In this document: positions 50,640 to 64,000 of the stretch, in pieces | How the letters are laid out: each line of letters begins with the position of its first letter | Numbering within the stretch: position 1 is the first letter of the stretch | Assembly (NCBI RefSeq): GCF_006345805.1 | Contig: NW_021834156.1 | Coordinates: 4,456-68,455 of the forward strand | Direction: 5' to 3' | Length of the DNA stretch: 64,000 nt | Source of the DNA: Octopus sinensis | Lineage: Eukaryota | The notes under the pieces: generated by a model | Databases searched by the model: none | Told to the model about the DNA's origin: nothing | The model's input: the letters and a program-made list of their open reading frames with translations, nothing else | Position numbers and translations under genes: made by a program

Positions 50640-51300
50640 CAAAATGTGACCGCGTGTGTACCGTTGGCGATTTTTTTCTTCCGTCTTTCCTTCTCTGGAT
50701 CTTTCCTTTTCCTATGTTTCTGGCGAAGAGCTCCGCTCGAAACGTAAAACCCTCCTTCTTCCCTTCCTTCATGAGCGTCCAATAATACTATATTTGTTTC
50801 ACGTCCTCGCGTTGTTGTGTCTTCATGTTTGGATTAACTTTATATATATATATATATGAAAGTAACCAACCATGTAAATGCGAACAGACATCAAATAAAC
50901 CTTCCCGCACTTAGATGCATACCATGTAGCGATCATTTGGACACCTGTGCACAATGAAAATTTACAATTTTCAATCTACATAATAATAAACGAAGAGAAC
51001 GACCTTCTCTGGAAGGCAAAAGAAGAATATTTCATAAGATTTCTGAGTCCGAAACTAAACCGGAAATAGTCAACAACAATTTGACTGAAAACAACTTCCA
51101 CTCTATATAATAACACGGGCTTGAAAAAATCAAGAACTGAAAGTGCTTGCACATCTATAAAAACAAAGCCCACACACATTTTGTTAAATCTCTTCCCAAA
51201 GGTTAGGGTCTTCCAGCTTTCTAAAGAGGTTCTTTTCTCAATCTTAACTCTTTGAGAAAAAGGCTTCTCTCCAAATGTTTTAACTACCCACAAGTGACTA
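50640..51300 (+). mobile_element. Penelope-like remnant: P1 pseudo-LTR with hammerhead motif, then GIY-YIG C-terminus and 3' region
   Basis: GTTT-CTGGCGA-A-GAGC-TCC-GCTC-GAAA-C-GTA-AAAC at 50716-50750; ...RHQINLPALRCIPCSDHLDTC... and NEENDLLWKAKEEYFIRFLSPKLNRK* (about 50860-51070). Confidence 0.78.
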
Positions 51301-51311
51301 AACATAGAGCT

Positions 51312-51478
51312 GACAAACAAGGACAGACAAAGGGATTAAGTCGATTACATAGACCCCAGTGAGAAAGGATGAAATACAAAGTCAACCTCGGCGGAATTTG
51401 AACTCAGAACGTAGCGACATACGAAATACTGCTAAACATTTCGCCCGGCGTGCTAACGTTTCTGCCATCTCGCCGCCT
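51312..51478 (-). mobile_element. SINE family A with an internal deletion
   Basis: Family A head and tail present; the central GGGGTCGATAAA segment is missing. Confidence 0.8.
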
Positions 51479-52151
51479 ATCTGTTCACACACACACACAC
51501 ACGCGCATATATATATAAATGAATATATGCATTTTGTGTTTTCGTGTGTGTATTGTGTGTGTGTGTGTGCGTATGTGTGTGTGTGTGTACATGCTTGTGT
51601 GTGCATGCTTGTGTGTGTCTTTGTGTTTGTATTTATGGCACTCAAGTTGAAAGTCGCTTTTGATTTGTCTACGTCTCAGTAACTCAGCGGATCGGCGCAA
51701 GAGACCGATAGAGTAAATACTGGACTTAAAAATAAATTCTGGAGTCGATTTGTTCGGCTAAACCCTTCAAGGTAATGTCCTTGCATGAGCCCAGTCAACT
51801 GAATATACAAGGAGCTGTTAAATGATAAAAGACTGAAACGCAATATACTTTCACACCTCTTATCTTCATCTATAATGTGTACTTTCGGTATTCATATCTA
51901 AACTACGTTTATTTCAAACGTATTGTATGCTGAACACTTTGCCATATAAGTGTCATTTTTTAAAGTAAGTTGTGATAGATTATCGAAATTTGATTATAAT
52001 TTCTAGCAGGTCGAAATCCATATAAGAAGTTCCTCCATTGATTCGACTCGCGCAACATCTGTTGCTCCCTTGCTCACTACATCAGCCTCGCTGTCATTTC
52101 AAACTGACAACGCCAAAACCGTGCAACACCGCAGTATCTGCATGACTGCTG

Positions 52152-52472
52152 TTTTATTTCATTCATGCGCCCATTTCAAGCCTGCCCAGGCTCATGGGCC
52201 CGGTTTCCCGGTTTCTATGACGCATGTGTTCCTCTCCCACAGCTGGACGGGACGCCAGTCCATCGCAGCGTTTATTCAAGAAACAGGAAGAAAGAGTGAG
52301 AGAAAGTTGGGGCAAAAGAGTACAACAGGGGTCGCCACCACCCCCTGCCGGAGCCTCATGGGGCTTTAGGTGTTTTCGTTCAATAAACACACACAACGTC
52401 TGATCTGGGAATCGAAACCGCGACACTCCGACCGCGAGTCCGCTGCCCTAACCACTGGGTCATTGCGCCTCC
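52152..52472 (-). mobile_element. Full-length SINE family C (tail type 1)
   Basis: Head GGAGGCGCAATGACCCAGTGG and the same GCGATGGACTGGCGTCC...AGAAACCGGGAAAC tail as 10032-10337. Confidence 0.88.
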
Positions 52473-52998
52473 ACGTATGATGGCTATAACTTAAATTAAA
52501 CACCGTATGACTAGAACTCCATCTGCAGACCGCCAGTATCTCTCCCCAGCAATATCGGGGGTAGAGAATTTGTGGGATTGATAGGGACATCGCGTACATT
52601 AATTTGTGGTATTTTTTTTTTACGTAGTGTACGTGTCTTTGTCATTAGATTATATCCAGCATTCATACATCCGCAATTTATCACACTGTGTGATACTGTT
52701 TCTGTTTGATGTCAAATACATTTATGATGCACGCGTCTGAGAAGCACGACCATGGTGGAACGGTGAAGAAATTTGCTTCGTGGCATGGAGTCTTGAGCAG
52801 CTGTCACATTGAATAGCCTCGGGTTAACTAATAACATGTGAGGGAAATTCGGTGCAGGAACGCTGTACATAAGCTACGGGGTAGATTGTGCTGGGAATTT
52901 AATGGCAGAGCTTTGTCGCACAGTGTTACGCCTATTAAGGTTTCATGCTTCTGTGAAATCCACAGCCGTCGACATGCTAATTGAACAGCAGGAGCTTG

Positions 52999-53158
52999 GT
53001 TGATCGATTAAACGAATCCACGTCGTCATACGACGAAGATCGACGACCCCCAGGTCTTCGAAGAAAATTCAACCGCTTACAGGTCAATTTCACAAACAAC
53101 TGAGAGGACCTCGCCGAGAGTGACGGACGGAGAGAACCATCCACCACAGCTGAATATC
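52999..53158 (+). repeat. Old interspersed repeat (family G); inverted copy at 55017-55174
   Basis: Shared TTGATCGAT...CGTCGT...ACGACGAAGATC...CTTACAGGTCAATTTCA(C/T)AAACAACTGA...CACAGCTG(A/G)ATATC. Confidence 0.7.
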
Positions 53159-53785
53159 ATACTCCGCTCTACACACAGCTTCCTCCCCAGCCTCGCTCTT
53201 CATCCTTCCCCTTCACCTTCCTCTTCTTCTAATCAATAATCCTAAATATGGAGCTTAGCTGCGAGAAACTTTAAATAGATACATTGATTAATCTGGATGG
53301 GTTTGCCAATAATACTTTTAAAAATTGAAAATACACACAAATCGATAACTAAAAATCAGAAATCAAAAACAAATAAATGAATATAATGAGTAAATAAATA
53401 AATAATTTTTATTTATTATATCCGTTTTTTTTTTGTCTTTTTAATTGTATTTCACTTTAGTATTCTTCAAATATTTTTGTTTGTGCTTTATGGTATGGCT
53501 TCAACCAAAATTCTTTGTTTAATTTATTTTTATTATTTTTTTTATCATCATTCCTTTTAACTGTTAACTCTAATGAGCGATAAATACAATGGAATATTGT
53601 ATATCAAACAAACGTGTTTAAAAATAAACACATTCGTAACAATGATTCGCTAAACACAAATATTAGCATATTGTATATTAACACTCTAACTGTGTGGGAA
53701 ATATAAATGGATAATGTAATAAGTACACGATGCAACAGACAAAACCTTTTACATTTTATATAGCTATTATTACAAAGCTATAGTT

Positions 53786-54400
53786 AAGACAGCGAGCTGG
53801 TAGAATCGTTAGCACGCCGGGCGAAATGCTTAGCAGTATTTCGTCTGCCGCTACGTTCTGAGTTCAAATTCCGCCGAGGTCGACTTTGCCTTTCATCCTT
53901 TCGGGGTCGATAAATTAAGTACCGGTTACGCACTGGGGTCGATGTAATCGACTTAATCCCTTTGTCTGTCCTTGTTTGTCTCCTTTGTGTTTAGCCCCTT
54001 GTGGGTAGTAAAGAAATAGGTATTTCGTCTGCCGCTACGTTCTGAGGGTCAAATTCCGCCGAGGTCCACTTTGCCTTTCATCCTTTCGGGGTCGATAAAT
54101 TAAGTACCAGTTTCGCACTGGGGTCGATGTAATCGACTTAATCCGTTTGTCTGTCCTTGTTTGTCCCCTCTATGTTAATCCTCTTGTGGGCAATAAAGAA
54201 ATAAGAATCGTTAGCACGCTGGACGAAATGCTTAGTGGTATTTCGCACGTCGCTGCATTCTGAGTTCAAATTCCGCCGAGATCGAATTTTCCTTTCGGGG
54301 CCGATAAATGAAGAACGAGTTGAACACTGTGGGATCTATTTGATCGACATATCTTCTCCCCACAAATGTCTGCCCTTGTGTCAAAATTTAAAGCTGTAAT
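53786..54400 (+). mobile_element. Head-to-tail trimer of SINE family A
   Basis: Units 53786-54020, 54019-54205 and 54204-about 54400; the last has the alternative tail. Confidence 0.85.
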
Positions 54401-55244
54401 TATAAAGCTACTTAACAAAAAATAATGCTATATGTATTTAGATAGGTAACATGTTCCCGTGTTCTATTCAGTCACTCTCCTACCGTAACTCTTTGGGCAC
54501 CATACGTTTTGTCATGAAATCTTTATCAAGAATGTCAAATCTGAGGTTGCTTTTTTGGTAATCCCTGTATTATTGATGTATTTTTCTGAGTGTATTTTCA
54601 CCATTTTATCGTTCTGTTATTTTTCTTTCCATGTTGCTTTCTTTTTCGTTAATCTTCTGAATAGCCATGCAATTGAGCTCAGAGGCAGCTATGGGAACTG
54701 TCATCTGTGTGTTGACGTGTTGCTGAGAAGTGTGCTTCGAAAAGATGTAATGTTAGTGATCGATTTTTTTTGCGAAGAAATTTTTGACAATTAAGCGCTA
54801 AATTCCATAACCACGATTCGATCGGGGTCACTATAATATGAAATTCAAAGTAAATGCGAGAAATCCGGTCATAGACTAAGAGATCTTCACGTAGTTACTC
54901 GTATGGACTACTAGAAATAGTAGCTAAATGTCTTTCCACTCATAACAGTCTGTCTCAACAAAATAAATCGCATTGAATAATGCGGACATAGGGTCCTTGT
55001 GTGAAGGACATAGTGCGATATCCAGCTGTGGCTATTGATTCTCTTCGTCCATCATTCGACGACGATCCATTCAGTTGTTTATGAAATTGACCTGTAAGCC
55101 GTTGAATATTCTACAGAGACGTGTGGCGGAGGATCTTCGTCGTTTAACGACGAAGACTCGTTTGATCGATCAACAGTTGTTCACATCTGGAATACCTTCT
55201 ATTTTAGGACTGATAGATAAGTAAATTATTTACATTATTTATCT

Positions 55245-55255
55245 TATTTATCATT

Positions 55256-55317
<62 letters not shown>

Positions 55318-55333
55318 TATTATTATTATTATG

Positions 55334-55385
<52 letters not shown>

Positions 55386-56000
55386 TCACTGCCTGGAATT
55401 GAACTCGGAATCTTGGTGTTACTCTTGAAGAGTATATGAGCATACCTAGATGTGCAACACCGTGCATAAGAAGACATACATAAAACAGAGCATACACGTC
55501 TGCACACATACATACACATACACACACATACATACATACACACACACACATATATACATACATGCATACATACATACATACACACACATACATACATACA
55601 TACACACATACATACATATATACATACTTACATACATACATACATACATACATACTTACATATATACATACACACATACATACATACACATACTTACATA
55701 CATCCACACATATACATACATACACACACATACATGCATACATACATACATACATACATACATACACACATACATACATACATACACACACATACATACA
55801 TACATACATACATACATACATACATACATACATACATACATACATACATACATACACACATACATACATACATACATACATACACACATAATACATACAT
55901 ATATACACACACACATACACACATACGTACATAAATACATACATACATACATACATACATACATACATACATACATACATACATACATACATACATAAAT
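55245..56000. repeat. (CAT)n(ATT)n tract, a short SINE-head fragment, then ~500-bp (CATA/CACA)n
   Basis: Direct reading; source of the HTYI/MYVC ORFs. Confidence 0.92.
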
Positions 56001-56879
56001 GCATACATAGCCTGTTGTTGAGGCTGAAATTTCAATGAAGGAGTCTTGGATATAGGTTACAAACTGGCGATTTCTCTATTGGCAAAAAATCTTGAAATAA
56101 AACTGAAAACGTACATACAGACATACACACACACACAGAGAAACATATACATACATGTATGTAAGTATGTATGTACTGACATTAGTACGACATGTATGTG
56201 ATTGTATTCTTTTGATTACAATGAATACCGCTGTAGACACTAGTGGCCTGAGTGCATCAACATGTCCCCATGACAAGCAGGAAACAAATATATAACTGTC
56301 AGTACTTCGAGCACTGCAAAATACAAGATGCTAAAAGCAAATCTTTGTATATATTACGTATACAACATTTGTATATCATGTGTGTTTACGACGTCTTCAT
56401 CATATGATATATTAAGCAGGAATATAATTAGTCGTAGTGAGGTAACATTCGGTTTTATAAGAAGATATTCAGATGAGAGTATTACATTCTAAAATATCAA
56501 AAGTATTAATATATACTGCTAAACATACGAGAATTCTTTCGGATAAACCAATATGAAGAAACAAGATGACGTCTATATTATGTGATGAAACTCTGGGAGA
56601 AGTTTTTTAAATCATTCTGTAAACAAGAAGATTGTTCAGCACATCTTCAGTGGAAGAGGCTTTCTATTTCAGTTCTTGTATATTCGATGTACATGCACAG
56701 GTGCGCGCACGCACACACACACATACACACAAACGCAAGCACATGCTTACACATGCTACTGCGCGAGTATCCGCGTATAGATGCACACATACAACATACA
56801 TGCATACATACGTATACATACACATATGCGAACTTATATATATATATACATATATAATGTGTTGGTGCATTCACACATG

Positions 56880-56893
56880 TATGCATATATAGG

Positions 56894-56955
<62 letters not shown>

Positions 56956-57071
56956 ACGCACCTCTCTATCTCTGTAAATATATACTATATATGCATATAT
57001 ATATGTAAACATATATAAATGAGTGTGTATGTGCGTATGTGTATAATGCATATATACATACACATATATAC

Positions 57072-57131
<60 letters not shown>

Positions 57132-57148
57132 ATATATGTGTATGTATA

Positions 57149-57217
<69 letters not shown>

Positions 57218-57305
57218 GTATATATATATATGTATATGCATATATGTATATATGTATGTATATATACATATATAGATATATGTATACACGTATATATATA
57301 ATATA
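56880..57305. repeat. (TA)n compound microsatellite
   Basis: Direct reading. Confidence 0.95.
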
Positions 57306-58016
57306 ATCATGCAAAATTACTTGACGAGGTGTCATATTAAATATTGTTTTGGATTTCAGTTTACACCTTTTTACTTCCTTTCTGAGTTTTCTTCCCTTTC
57401 TGTCTTTCGTTCTTTCTTCCGCTTTTCTTTCTTTCTTTATTCTTTTCTTTCTGTGTCTCCCATCAATTCCCGGACGCAGCTTACGTGTAACCTGAACTAA
57501 AACTACAGCAACCTTAAGAAAAGGGGACAATGGAGTAGGTAAAGGAAGACAAGGGGAGATAAAGCAAAAGAAGAAAAAGGAAATAAGAGGAAGAGACGGA
57601 AGTGAGATGAGGAGTGACATCTAGAAAGATCTAAATATTTGATTGAATCTCCAAGAAAACTGACAGTAATAAAGTATAGCAAGAAAAATAGGGAAAAAGG
57701 ATGTGACAGAAATTGATAAAATGTGAAATATATGAGACTAGGAGAGCGAGAATAAGAAAGAGAGTGAAAAATATAGAGAGAGACAATGAGAAACGAAGAA
57801 ATTATGCGGAAGAGAGACAAGGAAGAAGAGAAAGAGTTGCAGTGAGAAAGAGGAAATAGAAACATTAGTTTTACTACATTAACTAACCAGGTTCAGATAT
57901 TTTTATGTGTATGGTAAAGTATTGATATACGAGGAGACCAATGTGTATCTAAAACACCACGACTCATTGTATAAACACTGGTATAAACAGATAGACTGTT
58001 ATATATATATATATAC

Positions 58017-58372
<356 letters not shown>

Positions 58373-58445
58373 ATGTTTCTTTATTAGCCACACAGGGCTG
58401 CACACAGATAGAACAAATTACAAGGTAGAGCTTTTCTTTTGAAGG

Positions 58446-58484
<39 letters not shown>

Positions 58485-60214
58485 AAGGGAGGTTCGATCA
58501 AAAGGGATCGTAAAAGGAGAGAAAGAGGACAAAAATAAGGGGGGTTAATAAAAAAAAAATAAAAAAAAGGGGGGGGGGGGAGAGGAAAAAAAAAAATGAT
58601 CAATAGGGATCGTTATCACAGAAATGTCAATATGAAGTGTAAAGGGGGAGGACAGGTGAGGTTACCCGTGGAAAAGAAAAGCCTGCGGAAAAGACCACGG
58701 TAACCTCGGTCAATGAAGTCACATTTTATATTTCTTTTTTTTTTTTTTTTTTTTTTTTGCAAATAAGCAACTCTCTGTTTTCGATTTCTGGGTTCATAGG
58801 ACTCTGCTCAAGGTGGCTTCGTCATTCATACGTGCCATTCTTGCTACATTCACCCATCTTTTTTAAAAACATTCGCTAGACAAAACTGCCTCTCTACTCT
58901 CACTTTCCTTTTCAAGTGGTACTTGAAGAAGTTGATGAGAGATTGACCAGAGAGGAAAGTGTTTGTCTCCAATCCTTTCAGACGCGTCCACCAGATACAT
59001 TCTTTCGCCATAGCCACAAGGATGATGAAAATATCTTCCTTCCGTTTGAAGGAAGGAGGCGTGACAATATTGACGATAGACTCAGCTGATAAACCGACTC
59101 GTCCCACACGTGACAGCAGTTGTTCGACATAAGCCCACAGGTCGGAAATTGTTGGACACTGAACGAGTGCGTGCAGAACGGTTTCGTCGCTCTGACCGCA
59201 TCTCGGGCAGGTCGGCCCCGTGTTTCTCGAGCCGTGTCTGTAGAGCTTATCCCGAACGGGTAGCGCTTCTCGTAGCACTGCCAGGCCAGGGATCTCTGGA
59301 AGTTGTCCATGGGCCCTGGCCCGAAAGTCCCGAACAGGCGGGTCAGGTACTCCTCGTCGACGTCCAGGTTCGCCCCGAGACTCGCTCGTCGTCGTACCTC
59401 CCCTCCACTAAACCTCTATAGAATGCTTTGGTTGTGTTGAAGTCACTTAAGGTTGACCCAGGACGGCCAGAGTTGCTTGAGAGCAACGCGACACTCGCGG
59501 TGCCATTCGCCTTCCTCGGCCTCTTTTTGTCCCACGACTGCATTCCAGTTCGGTCATGGAGACGAGCTGCGGAAAGCGTTGCCTCACAAACGGCGACCAC
59601 ACCTGTTCACCGTCGTCTACATAGAGCCAGAGATTGTCGCAGTCTCAGCGCGTGTCTGCGCATCATCAACCACGGCATGCCCAGCCCTCCTTTTAACGGG
59701 TGTTGACAGCAAATGGATCGCCTGACCATCGGGACGCATCCTTTCCACAAGAAGCGAAAGAGATGCGTTTGTAGTTGGTGATGGTAGCGTCGGGAACAAG
59801 GTACGACGGTCAGGCGGGGTAGTAGATGACGGACGCGATGTACGTGTTCGCCACCTCCGCTCGACCTTTTAGGGACAGTTTCCTCTCGGCCCATTGCCGG
59901 GCGAGAGTGACCACCCTACTCGTTATCTCGTTCCAGTTCTTCTCCACTTGGAGGTCCGGACCAAACCAGACCCCGAGCAACTCAACCGCCGGCCGTCGGT
60001 CCAGCGTCCCACGACGGAGGCGCTGGTGGACGGCATGGGCTTGCTTTCTCCAGGTGCCTAGTCGCAAGCCCACTGACTTTTCCCGGTGATTTTCGCTCCT
60101 GTCACCGCTTCGTAGTTTTTCAGTGTCTCGCCGACCAGCTCGATGTGCTCGTGGCTAGACACTATGACGGTGACGTCGTCCGCGTATGCAGACACGCTCG
60201 TCCCGCATCCCACG
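58373..60214 (-). mobile_element. 5'-truncated, frameshifted L1/Tx1-clade LINE (RT C-terminal half, zf-RVT, 3' UTR)
   Basis: [11 protein letters not shown] (RT motif C), LGVWFG, KLSLKGRAEVANTYI, LFRFLWKG...KGGLGMP, REALPVRDKL...CPRCGQSDETVLHALVQC. 3' end ...GGCTAATAAAGAAACA(TATC)n. Confidence 0.92.
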
Positions 60215-60277
60215 GATAGATAGATAGATAGACAGATAGATAGATAGATAGATAGATAGACAGACAGATAGACAGAC

Positions 60278-60363
<86 letters not shown>

Positions 60364-60370
60364 AGTAGAT
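60215..60370. repeat. (GATA)n tract at the 5' truncation point of the LINE
   Basis: Same strand phase as 58019-58372. Confidence 0.95.
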
Positions 60371-61000
60371 AGAGAAGTGAGAGAGACGAACGTCATACAT
60401 TAATAGTAGGAAAGTAAATAGAATGAGAAATTGACAGATAAATGGATAGATAGATAAATAGACGCACGGACAGAAAAGCTGACGGATATATATAGATTGA
60501 CAGATTGATATACAAATAGTGGGGGATGGAGGGGGACTGAGATATATAGAAAAAAGAGGTCAGCAAATACATGAATAGCGAGGTAGACAAATAAATAAAT
60601 AGATAGATAGAGATAGAGAGAGAGGTAGATAGATAGGCATACCGAAAGAGATCGGTAGTTACAGGTAAATAGGTAGGTAGGTGTGTAGGTAGGTAGGTAG
60701 GTATGTAGGAGGGTAGGTAGATCCGAGGTGCATTCCAGAATTTTGAGGCTTTCTTTTAGGTAAAGCAATCATAACCCCCCTTGATTGTTGTACTTTTTTA
60801 TCACCAGGAAGATCTGATTCGTTTCTCAGGTCTAATGCAGATAACTTCCATTAACTGGACCTGATTCAGATCTCTGTTGAGCCTTTGAAAAAGTCTTGAT
60901 TCTGGAGCTTTATCTCATCTTCTCATATGGACAATCCTTAATTACAATTTGGTAATTATGGCACTTCTTTAAGCAGAGATAATAATAATTAATATTATTA

Positions 61001-61230
61001 AGGCAGCGAGCTGGCAGAAAGTTTAGCATGCCGGGCGAATTGTTTAGCAGCATTTCATCTGCCGTTACGTTCTAAGTTCAAATTCTGCCGTGGTCTACTT
61101 TGCCTTTCATCCTTTCGGGATCAAGAAATTCAGTACCAGTCACGCACTGGGGTCGATGTAATCTACTTAATCCGTTTGTCTGTCTTTGTTTGTCCCCTCT
61201 ATGTTTAGCCCCTTGTGGGCAGTAAAGAAA
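61001..61230 (+). mobile_element. Full-length SINE family A
   Basis: GGCAGCGAGCTGGCAGAAAG...GTGGGCAGTAAAGAAA. Confidence 0.88.
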
Positions 61231-61489
61231 TTGTAGTATTCCAAACATTTTATTTTCTATGTTACTTGATATTATATTACAGGTCACTGCCCACTTTATG
61301 TTCTTTCGCTTAGCTTGATGTTTTCGCAGTCACAAACACACATACCCACACAAGCACATGTATACAGTCGTATGCTCATGTGTGTATATGTCTATATGTG
61401 TATATAAATTGTGTAGTCTAAGAGAGAAAGAGATAGATAGATACGTACATACTCGCATACAAGGCTGAAGCCCTCCGCCAAATTAAAGA

Positions 61490-63125
61490 CACCTTCTATT
61501 ACTCTCTGTATCCTCCACTATCCCTGACCCCATCTCCTCCTCGTGTCTCTCTCCCACTGCCTCCAATCTCATTGTCCGAACTCCACGCACCCCCACCATT
61601 TACATCCTTCCGAAAATCCGCAAGTCCCACAACTCTGGACCGCGCCATCGTCTCCACCTGTAACTGCCCCACGGAATTTGATCTCAAAATACCTCGAGTA
61701 TGTCCTTACCCCGACACAGTGGCTTCTCTCCCCTCCCACAACCACGACACTAATCATGTTCTCCGACTCTTCAACTGGTCCTCCTTCCTTCCTGGCCCCT
61801 CTAAACAATTCTTGGGAATGGCCATAATTTAACTTCTCCTCCACCCACCCTAACCCCACCTAGCTCTCCATCCCATACTCCCAATTCCTCCGACTGTGCA
61901 GGGTTTGCAGTGAAAACCATGACTTTGAGATTCAGTCTCATCTTATGGTTTCAACCTTCGTGGATATCCCCTCACCACTATCCACATAGCCCTCGCCAGA
62001 GAACGTTCTGTGGACCGAGCCTCTGCTCTCTCTCTCCCCGCACCCGCCTCACATTTGCTCATCTCCCCTTTCCCCTCACCTAGCACTCCTCAAACCTGCC
62101 CTGCCAACGCACCGTTCACCGAGCCTTCCGGCGACTCCAGTGCGACCCCCTCTAAATAGCACACCTTCCCAACCTCCGCTTCCCTCCTTCAAACGAGCCC
62201 ATAACCTGCGTAATTCCTGGTTCAACAGTTTCTTCCTAAACCCAACACACAACCTGGATCGTCTCACGCTCTCGCACTTGCCCCTACCTCTCCAATAGCA
62301 TCATCCTCACAGTCAACCATCATCGTTCCACTATCACATCACCGACTCCTTAACCTACACGTCTAGCAACGTAATTTACTGCATTTCCCGTTCCTGCCCT
62401 TCTCTGTACATCAGTCTAACGGGACGCCGTTTAGCTCACCGGTTCGCGGAGAACCTCCGAGACATCAGACTCGGCATACACCTCGGTCTCGTGCCATTTT
62501 TCGCTCTGCCGCGTCCATTCACCTATAACACGTCTGTGTTCGGATCGTCTTTGCACATGTGGCCGCGCGGAGTCCTGCCTTCACTGTGAACAGGGATCAA
62601 TCTTCTCTCTTCGCTCTTTTGCATCACATGGTTTTAACTCCCGTCCTATCTTCACCAGACTCTACTCCTCTCCTCTCTTCCTCTGACACCTACTTCCTCT
62701 CTTCACTCCTACCCACATTATTTCATCATTGATACCACTCCACCCACATCCCAGACTCATACTCTACACACCACACTCCCGCATACTCCACCGCTAACCC
62801 CACATCCAAATACCAAAGTCATTAGCCCCTACGCACACACACACAGCAACGCACGCGCACTTTTATTTTGGGATCACAAATACTTTATTATCTTCCGTTC
62901 TTTCCACCTCTTTTGTCAAAACCACTTTTTCCAACCAGCCACCATGCTTGATCCCTAAATCCACAAGTTTTTAATTCTCTCTCAGTTTATTTTCTCGTAT
63001 TCATTTCTGCTGAAGAGCGCAGGCTCGAAACATAGCAGACTTTCTTACTTTCCTGAGCGTTTAACTAACGCATCTGCTTGTTGATGATACACGTCTTCGT
63101 CCTTCTTTTTCTGTAAATTTCAACT
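61490..63125 (+). mobile_element. Decayed Penelope-like retroelement (RT fingers and thumb, GIY-YIG, terminal P2 pseudo-LTR)
   Basis: RTPTIYILPKIRK, RAIVSTCNCPTE, ISKYLE, SLPSHNHDTNHVL; RT catalytic core deleted; SIPYSQFLRLCRVCSENHDFE (from 61867); TSSNVIYCISRSCPSLYISLTGRRLAHRFAENLRDI (from 62359). Hammerhead-like CTGCTGA-A-GAGC-GCAG-GCTC-GAAAC-ATA at 63007-63034, then (TA)n. Confidence 0.9.
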
Positions 63126-63129
63126 ATAC

Positions 63130-63172
<43 letters not shown>

Positions 63173-63259
63173 TTATATATATAATACGTATATATATATA
63201 TGTGTATATATAGATATATATATGTATGTAATTTATATGTATATAATATATATACATAC

Positions 63260-63298
<39 letters not shown>

Positions 63299-63959
63299 GA
63301 TAACACGCTTATATCTGTATTTTTATGTGGGTAAGTGCATGGGTTGTGTATGCAGATATATATAATATAAGTGGTGTATTTTCAATAGGCACACATACAT
63401 TCATACGCGCACACATATACACACAGACTCACACACACGCGCGTGTGAACGCACGCTCCTACATGGCGAAAGGAAGAAAGAAATGAGCTTAATGATTATA
63501 TGATAAGGAAATATAGATAAGAGAATGCGACAGGGAGTTTTGGAATTGGAGATAAAACGATGGTAGAGATGAAACATAATGAAAAGAAACAGCAACAGCA
63601 ACAAGAGACACCAAAAAAAAAAAAAAAAAACACGAGGAATATGAATCATAACAACAAAAACGAAGCAAAATTGTTATGTGGATTATGAAACGAAAGATAA
63701 TTTGTGGTAAGCACCGAAGTTATATAGAAGAAGTAAAGAAATGAAAGCACTAAAAATAGATGAAGTTTTCATTAACTTAACTGTCACTAGCAAGTGTGAG
63801 CAATTCAGTCGCTTATATCAGTTTTTGTCCGTCGTTTAACTTGACTGTATCGGGCTGAGCAGTCATAGTTTCTTTCCTAACACCAACTTCCAACCTGACC
63901 AGGTTCGAAGTTGGGGTTACATATATATATATACATACATATATATATACGTATATGCA

Positions 63960-64000
<41 letters not shown>

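Noticed and set aside
57530-57865. Purine-rich stretch giving 120-211 aa ORFs
   Set aside because: Low-complexity GA-rich sequence joined to microsatellite; no coding evidence.

Overview
Repeat-saturated, AT-rich eukaryotic DNA with no host protein-coding exon that I can support. The dense (TA)n, (GATA)n, (CA)n, (CATA)n and (AAT)n tracts and the tRNA-headed SINE families point to an octopus/coleoid genome; this is inferred from recalled repeat sequences and was not checked. Nearly all long ORFs in the track are microsatellite artefacts. Recognisable content is: decayed Tc1/mariner transposons (including one DD36E remnant), a 512-bp TA-flanked MITE, a complete 400-bp non-autonomous Helitron, three SINE families (called A, B and C here) with exchangeable tails, 3' ends of R4/Dong-like retrotransposons next to (TAA)n, a 5'-truncated Tx1/L1 LINE embedded in (GATA)n, and Penelope-like elements. 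The Penelope-like material includes many short segments with minimal type I hammerhead-ribozyme motifs. The main items worth follow-up are: (1) an 8-copy array of an 87-nt near-perfect hairpin separated by (TA)n spacers at 39.0-39.9 kb; (2) a 550-bp non-coding retroposon (family D) whose full-length copies sit in (TAA)n-type tracts; (3) a SINE tail that matches the 3' end of the Tx1 LINE; (4) several hammerhead motifs with palindromic stem III, one of them in a 363-bp retrozyme-like unit; (5) a locally templated insertion into a SINE. All alignments and folds were done by eye.
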